Assembly: GCF_006345805.1 (NCBI RefSeq)
Contig: NC_043006.1
Coordinates: 87,978,001 to 88,042,000 of the forward strand
Direction: 5' to 3'
Source: Octopus sinensis
Taxonomy: Eukaryota
Length of the DNA stretch: 64,000 nucleotides
This document shows positions 1-12,681 of the stretch, piece by piece (within the stretch, counting starts at the first letter, position 1; each line of letters begins with the position of its first letter). Below the pieces are notes generated by a model. That model was not told where the DNA came from. It saw only the letters and a list, made by a program, of their open reading frames with translations, and made no database searches. Both the position numbers and the translations under genes were made by a program.

Positions 1-390
<390 letters not shown>

Positions 391-1399
391 TATGTATGCA
401 TGTATATATGTTGATGTTGAAATCTGTTTAACCAATCAGTCAAGAATCATCCATTCAGCCGTGTTTACTAACAGAATATTTTTGCAGTTTTTTTCAAATC
501 TGTTTCCTCCTGATTTGTACAAAATTATAGATCAACTAGAAAACAGACCACAACTCACAGATATAAATCCATAATATACGTTGGAGGATGTTATAAAATT
601 TCAATTTCCTGATCATTGGTTATACAACATAAAGATATATTGGAGCATAACATTTTTAAAAGTAATAAAATTCAAAAAGATTAAAGACAACTCTATAGAT
701 TAAAAATGTAATATAATTTATTACTGATATTCCAGTGATGTGTGTAGTATAGACAGCAGAAAAGGAACATGATTTACTATGTTATCTAATTTGATAATTG
801 AAGGTTCTGGGTTTAAATTCTGTTGGGATGACCTTTTCATGTACCTCAAAGTCAATAAAATAAATACTAGCTAGAGACATTACCATATTAGCAGACAACA
901 ACCAATCTTTACAAATGATTTTGTGCTAAGTTAAAGTGATATCATATTTTTGCTGTTTGTTATTTGTACGTATTTCTATGAAAGGCATTGCATTGTGATC
1001 TGAAACAAGATACTCATCACTATTTATTCATGGCTTCATGTTTATCTAAGACATAATCGTTATTGATGTCATAGCTATTAAGTAGCACAATTATGTTGTA
1101 AGAAAATGTTTAAGTCCAAAAGGACCTAATCAAATATTCACAGTGAAAAATGAGAAGGCAAAAAAAAAAATCACTACTAACAGAAGTGACTGGAAACTGC
1201 AAGAATGATTTGTATCTCTTCCATTCATTTATTCATTTACTGGTACAAAGTCATTTAACTGCAGGCATACTGTGACACCAAATTTAAGTGTACTTAGTTG
1301 ACTGTATCAGACTCTCTCTATATATATGAGAATAAAATATGATATAAAATAACATAAACATATGGTGTGTGTATATATATATATATAGATATATAGTTC

Positions 1400-1700
1400 A
1401 AAGTTATAGAAAAACAAAGACAGGTGTAGGAACAACAAGCAAAAGTATTAGTTTGACGCTCAGGAAAAATGGAATAATCTTTTACATTTCAAGCCTATGC
1501 TCTTCGACAGAAAAGAATAAGAGAAAATAAATTGAAAAAGAATGAAAAAAAATGTGTTAAGTTCAGAAGGGAGATAATAATAGACAGAGGTTGAATGAAG
1601 GAGAGATAATTCATGGTGATCCCAACAAGAGGAGGAATGGTGTGAGTATCCCAGTGTCTATGTGTGAATGGAGGCGAGTGAGTTTGACATGTATGTGTGA
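1400..1700. mobile_element. Degraded Penelope-like terminal-repeat remnant
   Basis: Motif gacaggtgtaggaacaacaagc...tattagtttgacgctcaggaa...tttcaagcctatgctcttcgacag; a related stretch recurs at ~15030-15100. The PLE assignment rests on resemblance only. Confidence 0.35.
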
Positions 1701-1895
1701 GCATGTGTAATGTGTGTGTGTGTAGCAGTTGATGTGTGATTTTTCACATGGTGTGTACACACATGAATGTTTGTGTGTGTTGTGTGTGTGTGCGTGTGTG
1801 TGTGCGTGTCACTGTAACCAAATAATGTGCATGTGTATAGTGTATGTATGTGAGCGATATATATATAATAAAATAAGTTATAAAATAACATAACA

Positions 1896-1964
<69 letters not shown>

Positions 1965-2260
1965 AATAATAATAAAATATGATATAAAATAACGTAATAT
2001 ATGATATATATAATAATAAAATATATAAAATGACATAAAATATGGTGTGTGCGAATATATATATATATATATATATAATTTAGCAGAAGCAACAGTGTGA
2101 CTGAAGCACTGAAAGTGTTGTGTGTTCGCACTTATTGATATGTGCCAATGCACAAAACTCTCAACTCTAAAGTCCATTCTGTTGCTTCCGCTAAATATTA
2201 ATAAAAATATACATATACACATATTCTAAGAGCTATTTTTCTGGATTGCTTCACTGTACC

Positions 2261-2606
2261 TATAGGAGTGGCTGTGTGGTAAGTAGCTTGCTTACCAACA
2301 AAATGGTTCTGAGTTCAGTCCCACTACATAGCACCTTGGACAGACCAAAGCCTTGCGAGTGGATTTGGTTGATGGAAACTGAAAGAAGCCTGTTGTATAT
2401 ATATATGTTTGTGTGTCTGTGTTTGTCCCACCAACATCGTTTGACAACTGAAGCTGGTGTGTTTACGTCTCTGTAACTTAGCAGTTCAGCAAAAGGAACT
2501 GATAGAATAAGTATTAGGCTTACAAAGAATAAGATCTGGGGTCGATTTGTTCAACTAAAGGCAGTGCTCCAGCATGGCTACAGACTGAAACAAATAAATG
2601 AGTAAA
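2261..2606 (+). mobile_element. tRNA-derived SINE, family B (ggagtggctgtgtggtaag head), internally deleted
   Basis: A-box-like tggctgtgtgg, B-box-like gagttcagtccc, internal microsatellite, 3' ccagcatggc...ctgaaac; colinear with the copy at 54298-54734. Confidence 0.85.
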
Positions 2607-2754
2607 CCATTTAATCAGGTAATGAAAGGTTTCATATTTTAACCAAATAGATCTTTTCTGTTAAAATTTCCATGATTCTAATTGCCACTACCTATTCAAG
2701 CTCTTTGCCAAATACAATACATACATACCACACACATATATATAATATATAATA

Positions 2755-2792
<38 letters not shown>

Positions 2793-5786
2793 TATAAGGG
2801 CTTGTTTATAGTTTCCTTCTACCAAATTTCAATTTCACCTGTAATGTATTGGTCCACCAAGGCTGTTATAGAAGACACCCAAAGTATTTTCCAAGTCCTG
2901 ACTCCTATACTTGAGAAGGGAATTTGTTAATCACTCATACATGCTTCTGTCCACCATTGTGTAATGCTGTTCATTACATGATGTCTGTTTAGAAATTTAG
3001 GTGGAAACAAAATACTACAAAGCTGAAGTATTTGTTAAAGATAGCAATTTTCTGTCCAGTGACTACAGTTACACACCAGCAAGATAACAGACTGAAGTTG
3101 TACACTGGTTAAATTAAAACCAATGGGATAGTGTAGCTAAGGCTATAGAATATAAATGATAGGTTTGAAGTTGAAGACAGTATACAGCTGGGAGCAATAT
3201 CAAGAAGATAGAAGATAGGCAAGACAATTGGTTTACTTGAGAGAGAGGCAGGTTTTTTTTTTTTTTGGTCAAATATTTTGAACTGTGATAATGAGAGGTA
3301 TGTCATTCAAACTAAGAGTTAGTATATTTGTACAAATTAAGATGTCATTGAGGAAGAAGTGTATCTTAAATGATGAAAAAGCATTTGTTCTTTAGAAATC
3401 AGTAAATGAGGCATGAAAGCAGTAATAGGAAAAGAAACTGTTAAACTAAGAATGTAAATGAATAATGAGAAATAATAGAAGAAATAGATTTTAGAAGGTA
3501 GTATAGATAAGATTTGTGTGATAATTTAGAATGTGAAAGCAGGCCTGTTAAGAATAATTATTTAGGTTTAGAATTCATCAAGTTATGTCCATACTATTTA
3601 GTTTCTTTCTTAGTTAATAATGTTGTTGTTGTTGTTTTTGCTGTGTAGCCCTAGATCAACCATGATTGAGTAGTTCTTGGCATGCAGTTAATCAGCCAAA
3701 TGACATAGTATGACTCACAGATCCCTCTTCTTAGTTATGTCTTCTTCTTGCAGAAGACTATCTTGTATACTCCAGCATACAGGAAAGAATTGCATAGAAG
3801 GCTAAAAATGTGACTGTTTGAAGAAATTCCACTCTCATAACTGTCCAATCAATTCTAAATTTCTCACAAATTCTGGTGGGGATTTTTCTGTGAGCTAAGC
3901 TTTAATCATTCAACCAGCATTCAAGTCATAACCATCCTGTCTTTTTTTCTGATAAATTATATTAAGTATTAGTTTATTCTGTATATTTAGCCATTTTGAA
4001 GGTAGTAAGGCAATATTCAAAGAAGACCTGGTTGTGATTTCTTGCAGATCACGTGACCATGTAGAGACTTTTACACTAACTCATAGTTAATAAGGTAATG
4101 ACAGCTGTTATCAGCAATATCTCACCTTCAGCTGTTACTATGGTAAAGGAGATACACAAGAGAGGGGAATTTACAGAGGTCTCAGAGTAATTAACCATTT
4201 CAAGATGGTGGTGGAGAACTTCATGAGAGATTGGTATAAAGCAGAATTACTTTAGTCATGCTGCAGTCTCACTCTCTATCACTGTATGGCACCAGAGAAG
4301 CTGCATTTGTAAGGAGACAAATGCTGAAGTAGTCATTAGGTAAAAACAAATTAATTTTACTTGATATTAAATCACTTCTGCAGTAACATATTGCTGGCAT
4401 TGAGTGCTATTGATGATGACAGCCTATTTTGTGTCTCACAATGCTATATGGTGCTTTTATATGAGTGAAAAAATTATTAGTGCTCAAACCAAAGCTGCAT
4501 ACTACTGTTCCATTTTCAGTCTGTGTTCACTAATGCACCCATCCACTTAAGCCAGCAGTGATTGACTGAATAAAAAGCATAAAAAATGTGGGAAAATTAT
4601 TTGACATAGGCAGCAGTTACAATTGTTCATGGCTCTGTCCATTATGGTTCAGAACTTTAAGTTGTCACAAAAAGAAAACAGTGGACAGTCAAAGAAGCTG
4701 AAAAACTTGTCTGATACATGCTGGGATTTATCAGCATGCATCTTGTTATGTTGTACTACTTATTTTGGATATTCTGTTGTATTCCAATGAGAATAACAAG
4801 TCATAGAGAAATAAAATGAAGGTACATCACTTCAGTCACTTTTATCTGCAAACTTATGTTTTCTTTATCCTCTTTGAACAAGTTCTGCAACAAATTAAAC
4901 CTTAGCAAAGACACTACGATATTCTCCACTCTTACATTTCAGCCAATCCACCAACTTGCATTAGTACTTCTTTATCAACTCTGAAAGGATGAAAGGCAAA
5001 GTTGAGCATAGCAGGATTTGTACTCAGAGCACACACAGTTGGAACAGATATTGCAAGGCATTTTATGCAAGGCTCCAACAAATTGGCAACTTTGTCATCT
5101 TGGCCAATTTCCTGTATGGATGAATACACATTTTCAAGTACATACATATGTATTCACATATGATTTTAAATCCCCAATTATTCAGACAGCCATTCATACA
5201 TCTTTCCATCCATTCATGCACACGGATATGCATGCATGCTTGCACACACACACACAAGCAGGGTCATTTATAGCCTTGACACAACACTGAAGACATCAGG
5301 ATGCGAGGCTATACATCTTCACATACACAAGTCACCTCTTATTCACTGAAGGTGAAATAAACAAATGAGACACCATAAACTATAATAAGTAAAATAAAAA
5401 AAATAACTTCTTTTCCCAGGTAGGTCATTTGGCAATAAAACAACTCAATAATATACAGGTTTAACACATGCTAGCACAGAAAACCAAACAAAAGCTGGAT
5501 AAACAAATGCATGTTTTTATATACGTATGTGCTTATATGTGTGTGTGTGCAGTTCACACACACATATTATCTAGAAAGGTATTGGTTTTCTGTCTGAAGA
5601 ATTTCTAATAGGAGATATTTTACATGTTTCTCCTATATATACTAGGCAAAGGAGAAAAGCAGCTACAAATATACCACCTGCACTGACCCATAATCATACT
5701 TTCAACGTCTGTGGGTGGTTTCTTTGCAAATCATTGGTGTGACTCAAATGTCACATCCACATTATGACTGACAAAGAAAGTGTAAT

Positions 5787-5884
5787 TTGTTGGATACACA
5801 CACCTCGAAACCAACAGGGGAGTCCATCAAATATACATATATGATGGATTCTCTTGTTGGTTTCAAGGTATGAGAATCCAACAA
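5787..5884 (+). other. 98-nt near-perfect hairpin (palindromic mini-MITE or pre-miRNA-like)
   Basis: Arms 5787-5829 and 5842-5884 pair over 43 positions with 4 mismatches and 3 G-U pairs on the + strand; 12-nt loop. Confidence 0.8.
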
Positions 5885-5911
5885 CTTGTGTGTGTGTGGT
5901 GTGTGTGTGTG

Positions 5912-5968
<57 letters not shown>

Positions 5969-6323
5969 AGTTAGTCAAAAGACACCTTTTGTTAATGTCC
6001 TGTTATTTGTATCTGTATTTGTGTACCTTTTCTCTGTTTTTTTGTTTTTTTTGCCATCCTTGTTTTCATACACATTTACTGCTTTCTTCCAAGGAATCTA
6101 GTGCTCTTAGTCTCTCCTTGGGGCTGGCCAGATTGGAGCAATCTCGAGTATAACCAACCGAAATTGCAAAGATAAACTGGAACTCAACTGAGGAAAGAAA
6201 ACTCTGAACGATCTGTCCTTGATTTTTCTTTTGTCCCTTTTGGTATCATCTAACTGTCTGGATGTTTTGCGTTCTTGTCCCATTTTTTGTATTCCTTTTT
6301 ATATGTATGTACATATGTACATA

Positions 6324-6672
6324 CATCATCTTTTAACATCCGCTTTCCATGCTAGCATGGGTTGGACAGTTTGACTGTGGGCTGGCGAACCAGATGGCTG
6401 CACCAGGCTCCAGTCTTGATCTGGCAGAGTTTCTACAGCTGGATGCCCTTCCTAACGCCAACCACTCCGAGAGTGTAGTGGGTGCTTTTACATGCCACTG
6501 GCATGGGGGCCAGTCAGGCGGTACTGGCAACGACCTCACTTGAATTTTATTTTACACATGCCAATGGCACAGGTGCCAGTAAGGCGATGCTGGTAACGAT
6601 CCCGCCCGAATGATGCCTCCTACATGCCACCGGCACGGAAGCCAGTTAGCCGCTCTGGCAATGATCACACTC
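6324..6672 (-). mobile_element. RTE-tailed SINE-like repeat, family D
   Basis: Reverse complement ends in ...ccatgctagcatggaaagcggatgttaaaagatgatg; ggatgcccttcctaacgccaaccac core; homologous to 7434-7720, 18165-18467 and 38513-38920. Confidence 0.85.
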
Positions 6673-7433
6673 ATATATATATATGTTATCTAAATGACAA
6701 AATGCTAATTAGATGACATATTTTTGTTTCTGTATTGATGTATATGTGTGCTTTTGGTGACCAGTTAAGTGTGTGAGTGTTCAATTTAGAGTGCATCCAT
6801 TTAATGAATGGCTGACAGTTACTTTCCTACAGTGCTAAAAGTTTTCAAAACGGAAGACAAAGAACAATACTATATCTTATTCTGTCTGCTCACCTGCCTG
6901 CATGTCTCTAGTGGAGCTGTCATCAGAACCTCAGTGAGGTGTTAGAGGTGTGAAACATGTACTCCTTTCTTAAGCTGGGTATGTCAACCGTCTGAAGTCC
7001 CCTGAAAGGTCAACTGTATGCAACATTCTTACTCTAAGACTGGGTGATTTGATGCGTGTTAATGTATGAAAGAGCTTGTAAGCTGATTTTGGGTCTGAAG
7101 AGACAAAAGGCAGTTCATAGTGATCATATCTCACAAAGTGATCCAGGGGAGGTAACAACTTTCATCTGTCACCTATACTTCAAGCCATGCAGATCTGAGT
7201 GGGACTGAATAGTCATCTGAGAGGAAAGGTCAGAAATGCCATTGATTATGAAGAAGTTATATATGTACACGTAAAAACCCTGCCAAAACAGACAGTAACC
7301 TGGGATAGTCTTCTACCTGGCTACCTTCCTACCCATGCACGGAAGTTGGACATTAGACGATGATGATGATGATGATGATGATATATATATATATCAAATC
7401 AAATCAAATCAAAATCGATGAACATCAATGGAA

Positions 7434-7720
7434 CACCATCCGAGCGTGGCCATTCGCCAGCCTCGTCTGGCACCTGTGTCGGTGGCACATAAAAAACACC
7501 ATCCGAGCGTGGCCGTTCGCCAGCCTCATCTGGCACCTGTGTCGGTGGCACATAAAAAGCACCCACTACACTCGCGGAGTGGTTGGCGTTAGGAAGGGCA
7601 TCCAGCTGTAGAAACACTGCCAGATCTGACTGGCCTGGTGTAGCCTTCGGGCTTCCCAGACCCCAGTTGAACCGTCCAACCCATGCTAGCATGGAAAGCG
7701 GACGTTAAACGATGATGATG
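7434..7720 (+). mobile_element. RTE-tailed SINE-like repeat, family D, with a 63-bp internal tandem duplication
   Basis: Units start at 7434 and 7497; tail gttaaacgatgatgatg. Confidence 0.85.
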
Positions 7721-7734
7721 ATATATATATATAC

Positions 7735-7885
7735 ATATATTTACACACACCACACAAACAGGCTTCTTTCAGTTTCTGTCAACCAAATCCCCTCTCAAAG
7801 CTTTGGTCAGCCCAAGGCTATAGTAGAAGATACTTGCCCAAGGTGTCACACAGTGGGATTGAATCTGGAACCATGTGCTTTGGAA
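7735..7885 (-). mobile_element. SINE family B, 5' half
   Basis: Reverse-complement match to the head and central part of 54298-54734. Confidence 0.75.
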
Positions 7886-8277
7886 ACAAATCATCTTTTT
7901 TTTTGTTTGCTTGTGTGGTTAACTGGCATGTACATATATTTTGTATCAAAGACAATGCAAATATGTGAGGGAGCATGTATAAGAGAGATATGAAAGAGAG
8001 AGAGAGAGGGAGAGCATGTGCATGTGTGTGTGTGTGTGTGTACTTGCATGTGTTTGTGTGTGGTGTGTGTGTGTGTGTATGTATGTGAGTCTGAATGACT
8101 GAAAATTTTTGTTCAATGTTGATATAAAATAGAATGAAATGTTTCCACTTTGAGAATTCCAGGTCTGGAAACTGGAATATATTTTAAGTAAAAGGTCATG
8201 TATTTAAGAGTACATTACATAAAATAATTAATCACCATAATGTACACCAAGGAAGACACATATAGACAAATATATTT

Positions 8278-8321
<44 letters not shown>

Positions 8322-8991
8322 CATATGTATACACACACACACACACACACACACCACACACACACCACACACACACACACCACACACACACACACATATA
8401 TATATATCTTTGTGTTTTTGTATGTTCATGTATTTTTTATCTACACAAATACAGATGCTCATATCTACGTATTATATTTAGAAATGTAGATATGCTTTGA
8501 GTTAAATGCAATAGTTTATTTTATAGATATTGTGGAATGTAACAAAATAGCATATAGTAAAATCTGGTTATATATTTTGGGGGCAAAACTCAAATGCATG
8601 CTTATATAAACTCGTCTCTTAATATGTTTCATATCTAAACATATATTTTTACATAGAGAAAAAGACAAAAACTTTTACTGAAATTTAATTTACTCGCACC
8701 ATTTGACAGACAAGCAAAATTACTAGAGCAACCTGATACAAGTAAATTTCCTACCATCTCCATACCTTTTAGAGAACTTTTCATGTACAAAAATTGACAG
8801 ATTCTATATTTTTCATAGTCTTTGAATAAGTCTCAAGGGGTGGAACCTGAAGCCACAGCCAACCCTCTATATATGATTATTTTGACTCTACAACCATATT
8901 GCATCCTTTCATCAGTAAATGTTTGTTTAAAATTTGCATGTGCTTGTGTCTGCATGATATGTATCTATGCGTAACATGTATCTATGCGTAT

Positions 8992-9222
8992 AGGCGGTGA
9001 GCTAGCAGAAATGTTAGTACACCAGGTGAAAAGCTTAGCGGTATTTTGTCTGCCGTTATGTTCTGAGTTCATATTCTGCCGAGGTCGACTTTGCCTTTCA
9101 TCCCTTCGGGGCCAATAAATAAAGTACCAGTTACGTACTGGGGTCGATCTAATCGACTTAATCCCTTTGTATGTCCTTGTTTGTCCCCTCTATGTTTAGT
9201 CCCTTGTGGGCAATAAGGAAAT
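8992..9222 (+). mobile_element. tRNA-derived SINE, family C (aggcggtgagctggcagaa head)
   Basis: B-box-like gagttcatattc, gtcgactttgcctttcatcc core, tail gtgggcaataaggaaatag; homologous to 44009-44427. Confidence 0.85.
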
Positions 9223-9312
9223 AGTAAGTATGTGTGTGTGTGTGTGTATATATATATACATACATATATACATATGTATGTATTTGCATATTTATATTTA
9301 AGTATATGTATG

Positions 9313-9342
<30 letters not shown>

Positions 9343-9343
<1 letters not shown>

Positions 9344-9650
9344 GGCACACTGTTGGTTATGATAATAAGTGTTCCAGTTGATTTAATCAATGGAACAGCC
9401 TGCTTCTAAAATTAATGTGCTAGTGGCTGAAACTCCACAGACACATGCACCCCTAACATAGTTCTCAGGGAGATTTAATGTAACACAGAATGTGATAAGG
9501 CTGGCCCTTTGAAATACAGATACGACTTAATTTTGTTGGCTGAGTGGACTGGAGCAACATGAAATTAAGTGTCTTGCACAAGGACACAATGTGTCATCAG
9601 GTATCGAACACATAACCTTAGGATCATGAGTCAAGTATCCTAACCATTAC
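9343..9650 (-). mobile_element. tRNA-derived SINE, family A, diverged
   Basis: Reverse-complement colinear with 58914-59230 (gctccagtccactcagc core). Confidence 0.8.
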
Positions 9651-10081
9651 GATTGCATTGCATCCTTTCATCAGTAAACGTTTCTTTATAATTTGCAATT
9701 TACTTGTGTGTGCAAAACATGGATCAATACATATGTTTACATATATACATATATAATTGAAAAGATATTTTCATATCGCCTGAGGAAACACAATTAGATC
9801 TCATAATGCAGGGAAACAGTTGCATAATCAAGTACCTGGAGAACTACATTGCGTAGAAACAATTGTAGCGATTGAAAATAATGTCCAACCATACTCCTTC
9901 TTGTTGACTCCAAAGTTTTTCAATTACCTATTCACACACGACAGAAGCTCAAATGCAAAGCTGGAAGTATATATAATACTACTACAGGAAAGCACAGGGT
10001 GAAATCTGAAGGTTGACGAGCTTTATACTGTACACTACTACATTCTTAACAGAATATACCATAACACACACACACACACAT

Positions 10082-10117
<36 letters not shown>

Positions 10118-10489
10118 CTTGCCCTTTCTCTCTTTCTCCTTGTATATACAGTAATACCTTGATGTATGAGTTGATTTGTTCCCAGCGATTACACATAAAA
10201 AAAAAAAATTGTAAAGCAGAGCAATAACTTCCAATAGTAGCAATGTTATAAATTGTAATTCATTCCTAGAAAAATATTTTACTTATAGAATTTATAATAG
10301 TAATAAATAAATGGCCATAAAACAACAGTAGAATGTAAACAATATTTTATGTAAAGTGAAAAGAATGTTAATATCATTTATAATAAAAAATATTATTATA
10401 ATCGTTTTCTGAATCACTTTCACTTGTACTAGACTCACACACACCCTCACTCATAGATGCGATTGCTGATTCACAAGCACTTGTAGACA

Positions 10490-10660
10490 GACTTGTAGAT
10501 TTCTTTTTAAAAATCAAGTCTAGAGCTGTTTGCTTAGAAGAAGCTTTATTTCACTCTATAAATTTCTCAGTAGCATGCAGAAGCATTTGTTATGGTAGTA
10601 GAGGAAACTTTTGCACATCATTCAAAATTTGGATCTTGTGCTTGGAAAATCTTTTTATAT
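10490..10660 (-). pseudogene. Tigger/pogo transposase C-terminal remnant
   Basis: Minus-strand translation across stops and a frameshift, AQDPNFE*CAKVSSTTITNASACY*EIYRVK / KASSKQTALDLIFKK, resembles the Tigger1 C-terminus (AQDPNVERYTKV...QTSLDxFFK). Confidence 0.6.
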
Positions 10661-11234
10661 TTATTAAAATAAAACTCATAAAACTGGGGGTCTTTTATAT
10701 GGGACCAACTGTTCTCCATTACTCAACAATTATTTCTCTTGTAAAACTTAGGAAAGTGAAGTATTACTGTATATACATACACACATACACACACACACAC
10801 ACACGTATATATAAACACACACACATATATATGATATATGTAGGCATATATATATTATCTGCATATAAGCATGTGTATGAATGTATGTGTACATCTCTGG
10901 GTTTGTAGTCATCTATGAATACACCAAAAAGCATATGGAAAAGAGAAAGAACAAATGTTTATGGACATATTAACTAATTCCTACCAAATTTCCTGCTACA
11001 AAGTGAATCCTTCACATTATTTTGAGACAATATTGGAGAGCAGGGAAACATCATTTTTTTTATACATTCCATATACACCATTTTAAATATCATATATTAC
11101 AATCTCTATACAGTTAACTACTGCAACTTTGGTAATATGTTGTAATATAAGATATTAGTACAAAACAAAAAAGTCACCTTACTAGTTATACAGAAATAGC
11201 AGACAAATCTCTCTGAAATAACAGTCTACCAAGT

Positions 11235-11390
11235 GTGGTTATCTGGTTAGAAATTTGTTTCCCAACCATGTGGTGCTAGGTTCAGTCTCACTGCATGGTA
11301 CCTTGGGCAAATATCTTCTACTCTAGCCTCAGGCCAGCCAAGCCCTTGTGAGTGGATTTGGTAAACGGAAACTGAAAGAAGCACAATGTG

Positions 11391-11432
<42 letters not shown>

Positions 11433-11570
11433 AGAGAGTCTTTGATTTTGACACCACTACCACTTGACAACCAGTGTTGGTATGTTTGTGTCCCCATAAA
11501 CCAACAGTTTGGCACAAGAGACCAATGGAATAAATACCAGGCTTAAAAAATAAGTACTGGGATCGATTGA
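11235..11570 (+). mobile_element. SINE family B with an internal (GA)n tract
   Basis: ggttcagtctcactgcatggtaccttgggcaa...ggaaactgaaagaagc...ttgacaacc colinear with other B copies. Confidence 0.75.
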
Positions 11571-12450
11571 CCCAACATAGCTACAGCCTGAAAGAAATAA
11601 AAAAAATACAAGAGATAAAAGATCATGCTTGGCAAGTGAGTGTATATGCTTGTGTATGTGTATGTGTGATTGCGTGAGTGTATATGTATGTGTGTGCACA
11701 TGCATGTCTCTGTGTGTTTGTATTTTGTTTGGATGTAAAGTTTAAAAGTGATTCAAGAGGGAAATCTTTTACACATTGCATTTACCAAACTTTTGTACTG
11801 AGTTCAGTCTCTCCTGCTTGTTAATGGGATTGATCATAGGCTGGTTCACTCAGCATTTACTACTGGCTAAACAACAATAACAGCAACTACTACTACTACT
11901 ACTGATCTATTACCCATATTACTAATATTTCAAATGCTGGTGATGCTCATAAATAAATATTATTTTTCTTCATTTGCAATTCCTTTCCCTGTACAGTAAC
12001 CACCTGTATGGTTTCCATAAAGCCACTTCTATATGGGACCAGCTGTTCTACATTAGTCAACAATGATTTTCTCTTGTGAAACTTAGGATAAAAAAAGCAT
12101 TATCTCTATGAGAAAGAACTTTAAATCAATCTCGAACTTTAAATCAATCTCAAAGGCTAACATAACCACTTAATCTCATAGAACAGAAATTAATCACTGT
12201 CCGTATAGCAAGAAAACAACCAACCTTAAATCCTATCTCACAACTGATAATTCTTGAGAATCTCTTATGGCAACCATATTTTCAACATAGCAAAGATATC
12301 TTAAAGTCTAAACTAGAGGGTTTCCACATTGGGAAGCCGGCACCCACTGAAGATGTGAAATAGAATTTGGTACAGGCAGCAAGGAGGGAATGTATAATTA
12401 TTGAACTCTTAAAAATAACTTTATTCTATTAAGTACACCAAGAACTTTAT

Positions 12451-12681
12451 TATCCTACAATTGTAGATTTAACCTTTAAGAGATTATCAGAGAGAATTGT
12501 GTCCTTGTTTCAATTTTCTATAATATTTTTGTGTGTATCTGCATGCAATTTACATTTGTCATTGAAGACAAAATCTGGGAATCTTCAGGACCTACAGGCA
12601 GACCGTTACATTGCAATCAGCAAGTATGATCCATGTTTTGAGGAAGCAATGAATGAGAAGCAGAAAGAAAAAAGTTACTGA
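12451..12681 (+). pseudogene. hAT (Buster/Charlie, ZBED8/FAM200-like) transposase C-terminal dimerisation-domain remnant
   Basis: YP...FQFSIIFLCVSACNLHLSLKTKSGNLQDLQADRYIAISKYDPCFEEAMNEKQKEKSY* resembles Buster C-termini (F-STTYLCESxFS..KTKxRNRL....LS...PxF...KQ..xSH*). Confidence 0.65.

Noticed and set aside
497-660. Exon with an FPDHWLY motif reminiscent of alpha-2-macroglobulin/TEP FPETW
   Set aside because: In-frame TAA just upstream, no donor site, and no other TEP motifs in the window
6970-7158. 62-aa minus-strand ORF with normal amino-acid composition
   Set aside because: Non-ATG start, stops in all frames after the nearby acceptor, no recognisable motif; probably decayed repeat
7434-7559. 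CRISPR-like or other regular array
   Set aside because: Two adjacent 63-bp units with no spacers inside a eukaryotic SINE; no cas genes
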